A DNA stretch of 64,000 bases, from the NCBI GenBank assembly GCA_041483895.1, contig JBGPGO010000006.1, positions 96,001 to 160,000 of the forward strand, read 5' to 3'. The DNA is from Fimbriimonadia bacterium (GTDB lineage: Bacteria > Armatimonadota > Fimbriimonadia > Fimbriimonadales > JABRVX01). This document shows positions 18,468-28,166 of the stretch, piece after piece (within the stretch, counting starts at the first letter, position 1; each line of letters starts with the position of its first letter). A program made the translations under genes and the position numbers. The notes under the pieces were generated by a model. The model was not told where the DNA came from. It made no database searches and saw only the letters and a list, made by a program, of their open reading frames with translations.

Positions 18468-19988
18468 ATGCCGAAAAACGTCTTAGCTCCACCAAGGTCG
18501 CCGAAATCGACCAATGCTCCGTCACTTGCCGAGCAGACCGTCGTCAGCGAAGGACCGGCGCCGAAACCCCTGCGCGAAAAGTCCGATCCTAATCAGCACG
18601 ATTTCGACGTCTGCGTGATCGGTGGAGGGCCGGGTGGATATGTCGCCGCCATCCGCGCCGCGCAATACGGCTTGAAAACGGCGTGTGTTGAGAAAGAGTT
18701 TTTGGGCGGAACCTGCCTAAATTGGGGATGCATTCCTAGCAAGGTGATGATTGCGGCGATCGAGCGGCTGGAACATGTACGGCACGCCGACGCGATGGGT
18801 GTTCAGTTGCCTGGTCCACCGACGTTTGATTTTGCGAAAATGATGGCGCGCAAGGAGAAAGTGGTGGAGGCGCAGCGGAGCGGGATCGGGATGCTGTTCA
18901 AGAAAAATGGCATCGAGACGATCGAAGGGATTGCGTCATTTCTGACTCCCAATACGGTGGAAGTTGTGAGCGGCAAGGAGCGGCGCAAAGTCTCGGCGCG
19001 CAACTTCATCGTGGCCACAGGATCGTCGGTCGCAAAAATTCCGATTCCGGGGCTAGAAGGGCCGAATGTGTGGACCAGCGACGATGCGGTGATTGCGACG
19101 GAAGCTCCGAAGCGAATGCTGATCCTTGGCGGCGGCGCGGTCGGCGTGGAGTTTGCCTACGTTTTCAGCGGCGCGGGTACGGAGGTCACCGTCGTCGAGA
19201 TGATGCCGAATCTGGTGCCGACGATGGACGAGGATTTGGGAGTCGAGCTGGCGCGGCTGTTCAAGCGGCGCAAGATAGCGGTGCATCTGGGCAGCACGCT
19301 GGAAAAGGCGCACAAGGGCAAGAACGGGTGGGTCTGCGCGATCAAGACCGCCGAGGGCCGGGTGGAAGTTGAGGCGGATGTGGTGCTGCTCGGCGTGGGG
19401 CGCAAGGCGAATACTGACAAGCTGAATTTGGAGAGGGTGGGCGTGAAACTGCATAGGCGCGGCATCGAAGTGGTGAACAAGAAGATGCAAACGCATGCGC
19501 CGCACATCTACGCGATTGGGGACGTGATCGGCAATATTCAGCTCGCGCATGTGGCGTCCGCTGAGGGGTTGGTCGTGGCCGCCAACTGTGCGGGGCAGGA
19601 GATGGAGATGGACTACAATGCCTACCCGGATGTTGTGTACACCATTCCCGAATTGGCGGCCACTGGTCTTTCCGAAAAAGGGGCGCGCGAGGCGGGCCGC
19701 GATGTAGTGGTCGGAAAATTTCCATATCGGCCGTTCGGGCGCTCGATGGCTGCGCTGGAGCAGGAAGGGTTTGTGAAGATTGTTGCGGATCGGGAGTTTG
19801 GAGAGGTGCTGGGGATGCATATCATTGGGGCGCAGGCGTCGTCGCTGATTCATACCGGCGTGGCGGCGATCCGGCTGGAAGCCACGCTGGACGACATGGC
19901 GACGATCATCTTTGCGCATCCCAGTTTTGGGGAAGTGATCGGCGAAGCGGTCCACGACGCGCTTGGCCACGCCATCCACAAGCTGTAA
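18468..19988 (+). CDS. lpdA: Dihydrolipoyl dehydrogenase
   Basis: IGGGPGGYVAAIRAAQ, GGTCLNWGCIPSK, GGGAVGVE, LAHVASAEG, HPSFGE. Confidence 0.95.
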   Translation: MPKNVLAPPRSPKSTNAPSLAEQTVVSEGPAPKPLREKSDPNQHDFDVCVIGGGPGGYVAAIRAAQYGLKTACVEKEFLGGTCLNWGCIPSKVMIAAIERLEHVRHADAMGVQLPGPPTFDFAKMMARKEKVVEAQRSGIGMLFKKNGIETIEGIASFLTPNTVEVVSGKERRKVSARNFIVATGSSVAKIPIPGLEGPNVWTSDDAVIATEAPKRMLILGGGAVGVEFAYVFSGAGTEVTVVEMMPNLVPTMDEDLGVELARLFKRRKIAVHLGSTLEKAHKGKNGWVCAIKTAEGRVEVEADVVLLGVGRKANTDKLNLERVGVKLHRRGIEVVNKKMQTHAPHIYAIGDVIGNIQLAHVASAEGLVVAANCAGQEMEMDYNAYPDVVYTIPELAATGLSEKGAREAGRDVVVGKFPYRPFGRSMAALEQEGFVKIVADREFGEVLGMHIIGAQASSLIHTGVAAIRLEATLDDMATIIFAHPSFGEVIGEAVHDALGHAIHKL

Positions 19989-20163
19989 CGCCGGCATCTT
20001 GCCGGCATTGAGATGGTTTCGGAGGGCGAAGGGCACGAAGAACCCCCACCCTAACCCTCCCCCTTTTCCCAGGCTGGCGCCTGGAAAAAAGAGGAGGGGA
20101 TCATTACGTAACGCCGGCGTCCAGCCGGCATAGTTTCGGAGCGCCGGCATCATCCTGCCGGCA
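19985..20163. repeat. Composite REP-like element (GCCGGC hairpins plus CCCACCCTAACCCTCCCC..GGAGGGG hairpin), copy 1
   Basis: Three GCCGGC-N4-8-GCCGGC hairpins around a purine/pyrimidine-skewed hairpin; the first ~115 bp are colinear with 54667-54781. Confidence 0.75.
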
Positions 20164-20179
20164 TGGGGAGGCGAACGCT

Positions 20180-21199
20180 ATGAGAGCGATATTGATATGC
20201 GCCATGGCGGCGTTGGTTGCCGGATGCAACAGTCCGACCGGATCGAAAACCGAACAGCCCGGCGGCGGGTCCGGACTGCAGGTCGCCATCGTCTTCGACA
20301 AAGGCGGCGTCGGTGATAAATCCTTCAACGACAGCGCGGACCGCGGACGCGCGCGGGCGGAAACGGAACTTGGGATCAAATCCAAGACCGTAGCGAGCCG
20401 CAGCAGCGCGGACTACAAGACCAATTTGGAGGAGCTGGCGCGTGCAGGATACAAGCTGATCTTCGCGATTGGCGGCGATATGCAGACTTCGCTGGAAGAG
20501 GTCGCTCCGAAATATCCGGACACGAAATTCGCGATCATAGACGGCGAATCGAAGGGCAACAAGAACGTGATCGGCGTGCGATTCAAGGAGGAGGAAGGCT
20601 CGTTCTTGTGCGGCGTTGTGGCGGGATTGATGACGAAATCGAACAAGGTCGGGTTCGTTGGGGGGCGCAAGATTCCGCTCATTGAAAAGTTCGAATATGG
20701 CTTCCGCGCGGGGGTGTATGCTGTCAATCCGAAGGCGGAAGTGGTGGCGAAATACACAGAGGATTGGGACAACGTGGCGAAGGGCAAGGACGCCGCTTTG
20801 GCCTGCCATGAGGGCGGCGCTGATGTCGTGTATCACGCTGCGGGCCGCTGCGGACTTGGGGTGATCGACGCGGCGGCGGACAAGGGCTTCTATGCGATCG
20901 GCGTGGACAGCGATCAGGACGGCGTGAAACCCGGCGTGGTACTGACGAGCATGGTGAAAGGCGTGGACGAACAAATATTTAGGCTGACGAAGCTGGCTTC
21001 GGAGGACAAGCTGCCGTCAGGAGATATTCAGGTCGGTTTGAAAGAGGGCGGCGTGGGATTGACGGAGATGAAGTACACGAAGGACAAGATCGGCGCGTCG
21101 AATTTGGCGAAGATCGAAGGGTATAAGAAGCAGATCATTTCCGGATCGCTTTCTGTGCCGAAGACCGCGGAAGAATTTGAGAACTTCAAGCACAAGTAG
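20180..21199 (+). CDS. BMP family ABC substrate-binding lipoprotein
   Basis: Lipobox LVAGC; GGVGDKSFN, FKEEEGSFL, IGVDSDQD, LTSMVKGVD. Confidence 0.93.
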   Translation: MRAILICAMAALVAGCNSPTGSKTEQPGGGSGLQVAIVFDKGGVGDKSFNDSADRGRARAETELGIKSKTVASRSSADYKTNLEELARAGYKLIFAIGGDMQTSLEEVAPKYPDTKFAIIDGESKGNKNVIGVRFKEEEGSFLCGVVAGLMTKSNKVGFVGGRKIPLIEKFEYGFRAGVYAVNPKAEVVAKYTEDWDNVAKGKDAALACHEGGADVVYHAAGRCGLGVIDAAADKGFYAIGVDSDQDGVKPGVVLTSMVKGVDEQIFRLTKLASEDKLPSGDIQVGLKEGGVGLTEMKYTKDKIGASNLAKIEGYKKQIISGSLSVPKTAEEFENFKHK

Positions 21200-21253
21200 C
21201 CCCGGCTTCTAGTCAGGATCGGACGGATCGGTCTGATCCGTCCGATGCCGGCG

Positions 21254-21700
21254 CTATGGAGTTGACTCTGCGCGGCGTTTGATGGCGGATAGGAGGCTTT
21301 GCAGGTTGCCTGTCACGAGGTGCTTAATCACCGATCGAATCAGCGGGCCGACGACTGGAACGTTGTACTCATAGTCCATCGTCGAGGAAAACGTTGTACC
21401 TGTCGGGGATTCGGTGAATTTCCAAACGCCGGTCATGTGGTCGTAATCGCCTTGCAACTGGCGGAAGTGGCATGTGCGCTCGGCGTCGTTCCAGGTGTCC
21501 TCTTCGGTCCATTTGACCTCCACGTTGAACTTCGGCACGACACCCACCCAGCGCGTGACGACCTGGTTTTCTTTGCGCTCCATGACCTCGAGTTCCTTCA
21601 CATCCGGCATGAAGTCCGGAAACTTTTCCACGTCTTTGGCGATGGCGTACACGCGGTCTACATGGGCGTTGATGTCGATGGAGAGGTCAATGGTCGGCAT
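21254..21700 (-). CDS. SRPBCC/START domain protein (Coq10/RatA/polyketide cyclase-like)
   Basis: VYAIAKDVEKFPDFMPDVK, WTEED, G.WKF, AIKRRAES. Confidence 0.85.
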   Translation of the reverse strand: MPTIDLSIDINAHVDRVYAIAKDVEKFPDFMPDVKELEVMERKENQVVTRWVGVVPKFNVEVKWTEEDTWNDAERTCHFRQLQGDYDHMTGVWKFTESPTGTTFSSTMDYEYNVPVVGPLIRSVIKHLVTGNLQSLLSAIKRRAESTP

Positions 21701-21770
21701 GAGGTTCTTGATTCGGCGGTGGGATCACATGTCCTGCCGAGGCCATCGCATGAATTTGCAGTCGAGGACC

Positions 21771-21884
21771 GCTGTCATTCCGAACTTGTCGAGGAATCCC
21801 TTTCTGGAGTCCCTGCCATTTGATAGCGTTGGCGGACGGCGAGAGGTTCTGAAAGGGATTCCTCGACAAGCTCGGAATGACAGC
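21771..21884. repeat. Long palindrome of the GTCATTCCG...CGGAATGAC family, copy 2
   Basis: 34-bp near-perfect inverted repeat 21771-21804/21851-21884. Confidence 0.85.
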
Positions 21885-21921
21885 CTTTCAACTACACAGA
21901 TATCAACTAGCTGGCCCGCGA

Positions 21922-24378
21922 CTACCCGGTAAGATCGACCTCTTCCATCTCCTCGATCTCGCGCTCGACGACCTTTGTCACGTTGGCAACCCGGTCGTCC
22001 TTGCGCAACGACACCAAGCGAACCCCCTGCGTGTTTCGGCCAATCGTACGGACCTCTTTGATCCGCAGCCGGATCCCTTTTCCGTTCTCCGTTATCAGAA
22101 GCAGCACGTCCTCATCGTTGACGATCTCCGCTCCCACAACAGGACCGGTCTTGTCCGTCACATTCATCGTGATCAGACCCTTGCCGCCCCGAGTTTGGCC
22201 ACGATAATCGGACAATGCGGTGCGTTTCCCATACCCGCGCTCGGATGCGACGAGCAGGGTCGCGTCGTCTTCCACCACATGGCATCCGACAACGACATCG
22301 TCGGCGCCGAGCCGGATCGCGCGAACGCCGCCAGCCGCTCGGCCGCGCGAATTCGCGCCGATTTCATGGAACCGGATGGACATGCCGTTGCGCGTCACCA
22401 AAATCAAGTCTGAGTCTCCCGGTGTCAGGTGCACCCAGCCAAGCTCGTCCCCTTCTTCCAAATCGAAGGCGATCAGGCCGTTGGCGCGCATGTTCTGGAA
22501 TCGTTCTAGTGCCGTGCGCTTGATTTCGCCCTTCCGGCTGACCATAGTAAGGAACCCGCCGCTCTTGAAATCGCGCACACTCTGCGTTGCCGTTACGCGC
22601 TCGCCGCTGAAAATGGCGATGTAGTTGATGACCGGCGACCCCTTCGACTGGCGGCTGCTTTCCGGAATCTCGTATGCCTTCAGCCGGTAAACGCGGCCGC
22701 GATCGGTGAAGAACAGGATGTAGTGATGTGTGCTTACTTGGAACAGCTGGTCGACCGTGTCCTCTTCTTTTGTGGTCTGCGCGATCACACCCTTGCCGCC
22801 GCGCCGCTGCGTCCGATACGAATCCAGGTCCACCCTCTTAATGTAGCCATCGCGGCTGATCGTGACGATCGTATCTTCTTCGGGAATCAGATCTTCGTCG
22901 GCAATTTCGCCCGGTTCGCGGGCGATAATCTTGGACCTTCTCGCATCGCCAAGCTTGTCGCGAAGCTCCGTCCATTCCTCAATCATCAACTCCGTAAGCC
23001 GGGCCGGAGCAGAAAGGATGTGCTGCAGTGCGCCGATGTGCCTCAGCAGGTTGCGAAATTCATCGTCAATGCGCTGCGTCTCCATCCGCGCCAACTGGCG
23101 GAGCTGGATGCTCAAGATGTAGTTGGCCTGGATGCTCGACATACCGAACCGGATTACCATCTCCCGCCGGGCGGTTTCGGCCGTCTCGGATGCGCGGATC
23201 AGGGCGATAATCTCGTCCAGGAACCGGGTGGCAATTTGGAACCCTTCCAGCAGGTGGGCGCGGTCCTGGGCGCGGTATAGGTCGTATTCCGTGCGCCGGC
23301 GGATGACGTCTCGACGATGCTTGATGAGGTCGTCCAGAATGTTGAGCAGCGGCAGTGTTTTCGGGACGCCATCGGCCAACGACAGCATGATGCAGCCGAA
23401 CGAGGTGCGAAGCTGGGTGTGCTTGAAGAGGTAGTTCAGGATTCGATTGGGGTCCACGTCCCGGCGCAGTTCGATCACGACGCGGATGCCAAGGCGGTTC
23501 GTGTAGTCGTTCAGGCCGGTGATGCCCTCGATCTTCTTCGCCTTCACCAGTTCGTCGATCGATTCGATCAGGGCTTTCTTGTTCACCTGGTAGGGCAGCT
23601 CGGTGACCACAATGGCGGACTTTCCATGCTCCATCGGCTCGATTTGGGTCTTGGCTTGCATAACCACGGTCCCGCGCCCGGTCTCGTACGCCTGGCGGAT
23701 ACCCTTCACGCCTAGAATCAGCCCATCAGTCGGAAAGTCGGGACCCGGCACATGCATCATGATGTCGTCGAGCGAACAGTCCGGGTTGGCAATTCGATGC
23801 AGCAGAGCGTTGCAGACTTCTGTGAGGTTATGGGAAGGCAAGTTTGTGGCCATCCCAACGGCAATTCCGGTGCCTCCGTTGCAAAGCAGATTCGGGAATT
23901 TGCCGGGCAGGACGACCGGCTCATCACGGTCTTGCAGATAGTTCGGACGCCAATCAACAGTCTCGCGATCGATATCTTCCAAACATGCGAGCGCGTACGG
24001 GGACAGGCGGACTTCCGTATATCGCATGGCGGCGGGCGGGTCGCCATCAATGCTGCCGAAGTTGCCCTGGCCATCGACCAGCGGGTAGCGCATGCTGAAC
24101 GGCTGTGCCATTCGGGCAATGGTGGGATAGATGACCTCTCCGCCATGGGGGTGGTAGTTGGCGGCGGTCTCGCCGGTAACTTTCGCCGATTTCGTGTGTT
24201 GGCGGTCCGGGGTGAGGTTCAGTTCGCGCATTGCATACAGAATGCGGCGCTGAACGGGCTTTAGGCCGTCCCGGATGTCCGGGAGGGCGCGAGCCACGAT
24301 GACCGACATCGCATAGTCAAGATAAGAGCGCTTTAGCTCATCCTCAATATGGATTCGGCCAATTTCCGCATCCGGCAT
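21922..24378 (-). CDS. gyrA: DNA gyrase subunit A
   Basis: [35 protein letters not shown], GyrA-box QRRGGKG, beta-pinwheel repeats. Confidence 0.97.
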   Translation of the reverse strand: MPDAEIGRIHIEDELKRSYLDYAMSVIVARALPDIRDGLKPVQRRILYAMRELNLTPDRQHTKSAKVTGETAANYHPHGGEVIYPTIARMAQPFSMRYPLVDGQGNFGSIDGDPPAAMRYTEVRLSPYALACLEDIDRETVDWRPNYLQDRDEPVVLPGKFPNLLCNGGTGIAVGMATNLPSHNLTEVCNALLHRIANPDCSLDDIMMHVPGPDFPTDGLILGVKGIRQAYETGRGTVVMQAKTQIEPMEHGKSAIVVTELPYQVNKKALIESIDELVKAKKIEGITGLNDYTNRLGIRVVIELRRDVDPNRILNYLFKHTQLRTSFGCIMLSLADGVPKTLPLLNILDDLIKHRRDVIRRRTEYDLYRAQDRAHLLEGFQIATRFLDEIIALIRASETAETARREMVIRFGMSSIQANYILSIQLRQLARMETQRIDDEFRNLLRHIGALQHILSAPARLTELMIEEWTELRDKLGDARRSKIIAREPGEIADEDLIPEEDTIVTISRDGYIKRVDLDSYRTQRRGGKGVIAQTTKEEDTVDQLFQVSTHHYILFFTDRGRVYRLKAYEIPESSRQSKGSPVINYIAIFSGERVTATQSVRDFKSGGFLTMVSRKGEIKRTALERFQNMRANGLIAFDLEEGDELGWVHLTPGDSDLILVTRNGMSIRFHEIGANSRGRAAGGVRAIRLGADDVVVGCHVVEDDATLLVASERGYGKRTALSDYRGQTRGGKGLITMNVTDKTGPVVGAEIVNDEDVLLLITENGKGIRLRIKEVRTIGRNTQGVRLVSLRKDDRVANVTKVVEREIEEMEEVDLTG

Positions 24379-24443
24379 GATCTACCCCTCGAGTTCAATT
24401 CAAATGGAACGTTAAATGATACCCGATGGGGCGGCTTTTGGGC

Positions 24444-24573
24444 ATCGGACCGATCAGTCCGATCAGTCCGATCAGTCCGATTTCCAAGAACCACCAAGCT
24501 CCGATGTGTCGGGGTTCTCTCTTAGCAATATCCTTCCAACCGCCAACCCCGAAGACTCCGACACATCGGAGCT
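24444..24573. repeat. 9-bp tandem array plus a 59-bp hairpin of the RAYT-flanking family
   Basis: ATCGGACCG(ATCAGTCCG)x3 at 24444-24481; GTGTCGGGGTTC..GACTCCGACAC at 24506-24564, extended by AGCTCCGAT/ATCGGAGCT. Confidence 0.75.
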
Positions 24574-24621
24574 GATACTGCTCGGCGGGTATGCTACCGA
24601 CACTTTTCCCAAGGAGAATTC

Positions 24622-26403
24622 ATGGAACGGGCGCTCAAACGGACACACGATTGCGGACAATTGCGGGCCGAGCACATAGACCAGACGGTGGTCGTCAACG
24701 GCTGGGTGGACCGCATCCGCGACCACGGGGAGCTAATTTTCATCAACCTCCGCGACCGCACCGGCGTCATCCAAATTGTAACCAACGCCACGATGTCCGG
24801 CGTGTCCGAGCTGCGGTCTGAGTTTGTGTTGTCCGTCCGCGGCCCCATCCGGCACAGAGCGGAAGGGGCGGAAAACCCGAACATGCCCACCGGCCAGGTG
24901 GAGCTGGATGCCCATGCGGTCGTGGTGCTGAACACCTGCAAGACCCTTCCCTTCCCCGTTTCCGACGAACGCCAGATGGAGTCGGTGAACGAGGAGCTGC
25001 GCGTCAAGTACCGATACATCGACTTGCGGCGGCCCACGATGTACAACAAGCTGGACCTGCGGCACAAGGCGGTCAAGCTGATCCGCGACTTCCTATGTGC
25101 GCGCGATTTCTTGGAGGTCGAGACGCCGATCATGACCAAGGCTACGCCGGAGGGAGCGCGCGATTACGTGGTCCCCTATCGCCTCCAGCCGGGCAAGTTC
25201 TATGCGCTGCCGCAGTCGCCGCAACAGTATAAGCAGCTTTTGATGGTGGGCGGCGTGGAGCGGTATTTCCAGATTGCCCGTTGCTTCCGGGACGAGGCGC
25301 AACGCGCGGACCGTCAGCCGGAATTCACCCAGCTCGACCTGGAGATGTCGTTCATCGAGCAGGAGGATATTTTGGTCCTGATGGAAGAGCTGACGACCAC
25401 GCTCATTCGCGAACTGTGCCCGAAGCAGATGCCAACGCCCTGGCCGCGGCTTTCGTACCGAGACTCGATGGCGCGGTTTGGCACGGACAAGCCCGACCTT
25501 CGATTTGGCCTGGAATTGTGCGAGATTGGGGACATGTTCGGGAACACGGAGTTCAATGCGTTTCGCTCTGTGCTGGATTCGGGGGGGATTATCAAGGCGG
25601 TTCGGTATCCGGGCGGCGCATCGCTCAGCCGAAAAGATACCGATGCGCTCGCCGAATTCTGCAAGCAGTTTGGGGCGAAGGGGATGGCGCATTTCAACTA
25701 CACTGCCGAAGGGTTGGCGGGAGGCATTGCCAAGTTCGTGCCGGAGAGCGTTGCGGCGGAGGTCCAACGCCGGATGGGTTGCGAAACCAGCGACATGGTG
25801 TGCGTCATCGCCGACACAGAGTTGGTCGCGAACGAGGTCTTGGCGCGGCTGCGAAACGAGATCGGCGTGCGGACCGGCCTCGCCGATCCCAACGTCCTGA
25901 GCTTCTGCTGGGTCCTGGACTTCCCGTTGGTTCTTTGGAACGAGGAAGAGAAACGGTGGGATTCTTCGCACCATCCGTTCACCATGCCGTTCGAGGAGGA
26001 CCTGCCGCTGCTGGAGACCGATCCGGGCAATGTGCGGGCACAGTGCTACGACGTGGTGTGCAACGGAGTGGAGTGGGCGAGCGGGTCCATCCGAATCCAT
26101 CGCACCGACATCCAGTCGCGGGTCTTCGACCTTTTGGGTGTGGACAAGGCCACGCAACGCAGCCAGTTTGGGCATATCTTGGATGCGTTCGAGTATGGGG
26201 CGCCGCCGCATGGCGGGATAGCTCCGGGGATCGACCGGCTAATCATGTTCATGCTGGGCGAGGACAACATTCGCGAAGTGATGGCGTTCCCAAAGATCGG
26301 CGGCGGGTACGACCCGATGATGGACAGTCCTGCCGAGATCCCGCAGCAGAGCTGGGAAGAACTTGGATTGGCGCTGAGGCCGGTGAACGAAAAGAACATC
26401 TGA
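24622..26403 (+). CDS. aspS: Aspartate--tRNA ligase (probably non-discriminating)
   Basis: RTHDCG, RDHG, PEGARDY, LPQSPQ, CFRDE..RADRQPEFTQLD, GAPPHGGIAPGIDR. Confidence 0.97.
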   Translation: MERALKRTHDCGQLRAEHIDQTVVVNGWVDRIRDHGELIFINLRDRTGVIQIVTNATMSGVSELRSEFVLSVRGPIRHRAEGAENPNMPTGQVELDAHAVVVLNTCKTLPFPVSDERQMESVNEELRVKYRYIDLRRPTMYNKLDLRHKAVKLIRDFLCARDFLEVETPIMTKATPEGARDYVVPYRLQPGKFYALPQSPQQYKQLLMVGGVERYFQIARCFRDEAQRADRQPEFTQLDLEMSFIEQEDILVLMEELTTTLIRELCPKQMPTPWPRLSYRDSMARFGTDKPDLRFGLELCEIGDMFGNTEFNAFRSVLDSGGIIKAVRYPGGASLSRKDTDALAEFCKQFGAKGMAHFNYTAEGLAGGIAKFVPESVAAEVQRRMGCETSDMVCVIADTELVANEVLARLRNEIGVRTGLADPNVLSFCWVLDFPLVLWNEEEKRWDSSHHPFTMPFEEDLPLLETDPGNVRAQCYDVVCNGVEWASGSIRIHRTDIQSRVFDLLGVDKATQRSQFGHILDAFEYGAPPHGGIAPGIDRLIMFMLGEDNIREVMAFPKIGGGYDPMMDSPAEIPQQSWEELGLALRPVNEKNI

Positions 26404-26422
26404 TCCCGACTTATTCTGTGAA

Positions 26423-26890
26423 ATGCACATTCTGAGACGTTATTCACTGCCGCCTCGAGTTGTGATACCCGGGCTGATCATTATCGGCATCGGGACGCTC
26501 TACTTCGGCAGCACATGCTACTACCCAATATCTCCGTCAACAATTTGTCAATCGATTCTGCGTCATTATTCGATTGCTACCAGGATGTACGCAGACGATT
26601 TTGATGGACTGATTCCGGCTCACCTTACCGTCACGGTGGGAGATCAGAAGTGGCGCCGGCACTTGGGAGCGTACGTAATTGGATGGGAATGCTGTCCGCT
26701 TCTGGAGCCTACTCAGATCGGATACATCGCGAACTATGAATCGTTTGGAAGAAAGCTGAGCGATCTGAAGCAGAATAGCTGGCTTTTTGCAGACAGCGAT
26801 GCCAGGCATAACGGACTATTCATGTACGTCCAAGTCGACGGGGCAGAGCGCAGAGGCACAACTCCTGGGGTCCGAACCCGTCCCTATTGA
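26423..26890 (+). CDS. Hypothetical membrane-anchored protein, degenerate DUF1559/H-X9-DG-like
   Basis: TM helix, then CQSILRHYSIATRMYADDFDG; C-terminal HNGLFMYVQVDG; lower GC. Confidence 0.5.
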   Translation: MHILRRYSLPPRVVIPGLIIIGIGTLYFGSTCYYPISPSTICQSILRHYSIATRMYADDFDGLIPAHLTVTVGDQKWRRHLGAYVIGWECCPLLEPTQIGYIANYESFGRKLSDLKQNSWLFADSDARHNGLFMYVQVDGAERRGTTPGVRTRPY

Positions 26891-26930
26891 ACTGATTGAC
26901 AGGCACTGAAGGACCGGCAGGAGTCGTGTT

Positions 26931-27163
26931 GTGTCGGGGTCCTCGTCTGACGACTACCTCACAATTGCCACAACCTCAGACCCCGACACGAAAACAATGT
27001 GGCGGGTCTTTGGAGTTGCCAATCGCTCGGATATCGGCATGCGAGGACCCTGCCACAACGTTTTCCATCTCGCTCTTTTCCCTTTCAGCGCAAATATCGT
27101 TGTTGTGTCGGGGTCCTCGTCTGTCAACTACCTGCCAATTACCACAACCTAAGACCCCGACAC
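26931..27163. repeat. Left REP array of the RAYT locus (three 59-60 bp hairpins)
   Basis: A1 26931-26989 (minus), B1 26998-27057 (plus), A2 27105-27163 (minus). Confidence 0.9.
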
Positions 27164-27199
27164 GGAAGGAACCAACCCACGGGCGAATAATTCAATACC

Positions 27200-27739
27200 A
27201 TGCCCGGATACAAAATGGTTCAGGAAGGCGCAGCCTACTTCATCACTTCGACAATCGTAGAGTGGCTACCGGTCTTTATCGAAGAGCACGCGATCCTGAT
27301 CCTGGCGGATACGTTCAAGACCTATATCAAGAAGTACGGTTTGAGAATTGCCGCCTACGTCATCATGCCGACTCACCTGCACCTTATCGTATACGATGCA
27401 TCGATGGACATCGACAGGCTGCGGCGAACGATTTCGAATTGGCGTCGCCATTCCGGCAAAGTTCTGTCCAGATATGTGGATCAGCACCTAGACCCTTCCT
27501 TCGGAGCCACGCTCCGTGTCGGCGTTGGCGATGATCGGATCCGGAAGTTTTGGAGTGCAGGATTTCATCCGGTTGCGATCATGAGCCGAGAGTTCCTTGA
27601 GCAGAAGGCCGAATACATGCACAACAATCCCGTCCGAAGAGGCCTAGCGGATGAGCCTTCCGACTGGCCCAATTCGTCGGCCGCGTTCTACGAGCATGGT
27701 GAGATTGGATTATTGCCCGTGAGTCCACTGGAGCTCTGA
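27200..27739 (+). mobile_element. REP-associated tyrosine transposase (RAYT / TnpA-REP, IS200-like HUH Y1)
   Basis: YFITS, HUH motif AYVIMPTHLHLIV, FWSAGFH, catalytic YMHNNPVRRGL, WPNSSA; flanked on both sides by palindromic repeats. Confidence 0.92.
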
Positions 27740-27741
27740 CC

Positions 27742-28122
27742 GGCTGTATCGGGGTCTTTGGGTGTCGGTGATTGACATGTTGCTGCCCGGCGAGGACCCC
27801 GATACAGCCTGGCCCTCTCATGTGGCGGGTCTTTGGAGTTGCCAATCGCTCGGATATCGGCATGCGAGGACCCTGCCACAACTTTTCTCCGTGTGGCGGG
27901 TCTTTGGAGTTGCCAATCGCTCGGGTATCGGCATTCGAGGACCCTGCCACAACTTTTCTTTTCACCCCTGCCCGATATCGGCGTTGTGTTGGGGTCCTCG
28001 TCTGTCAACTACCTGCCAATTACCACAACCTAAGACCCCGACACGGCATGGATGGCGTCACCTGTGGCGGGTCTTTGGAGTTGCCAATCGCTCGGATATC
28101 GGCATGCGAGGACCCTGCCACA
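27742..28122. repeat. Right REP array of the RAYT locus (five hairpins)
   Basis: C 27742-27809, B2 27821-27880, B3 27892-27951, A3 27986-28044 (minus), B4 28063-28122. Confidence 0.9.
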
Positions 28123-28166
28123 ACGTCGAACAAGGAGGAGTCCTGACCGGGCGCGAACACTCCCGT

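Noticed and set aside
18362..18470. tRNA-Leu as an integration site for a prophage or island
   Set aside because: It is followed directly by lpdA; I saw no integrase and no duplicated tRNA 3' end in the window.
27821..28122. Near-identical 60-bp direct repeats as a CRISPR array
   Set aside because: Units are too long, the gaps are irregular (11 and ~110 bp) and contain another repeat, and there are no cas genes; the adjacent RAYT explains them.
27762..28166. Long N-terminal extension of the beta-CASP ORF, and ORF 26896-27534
   Set aside because: These are read-through translations of the REP arrays; homology starts at MSHNIRLDFLGAA.
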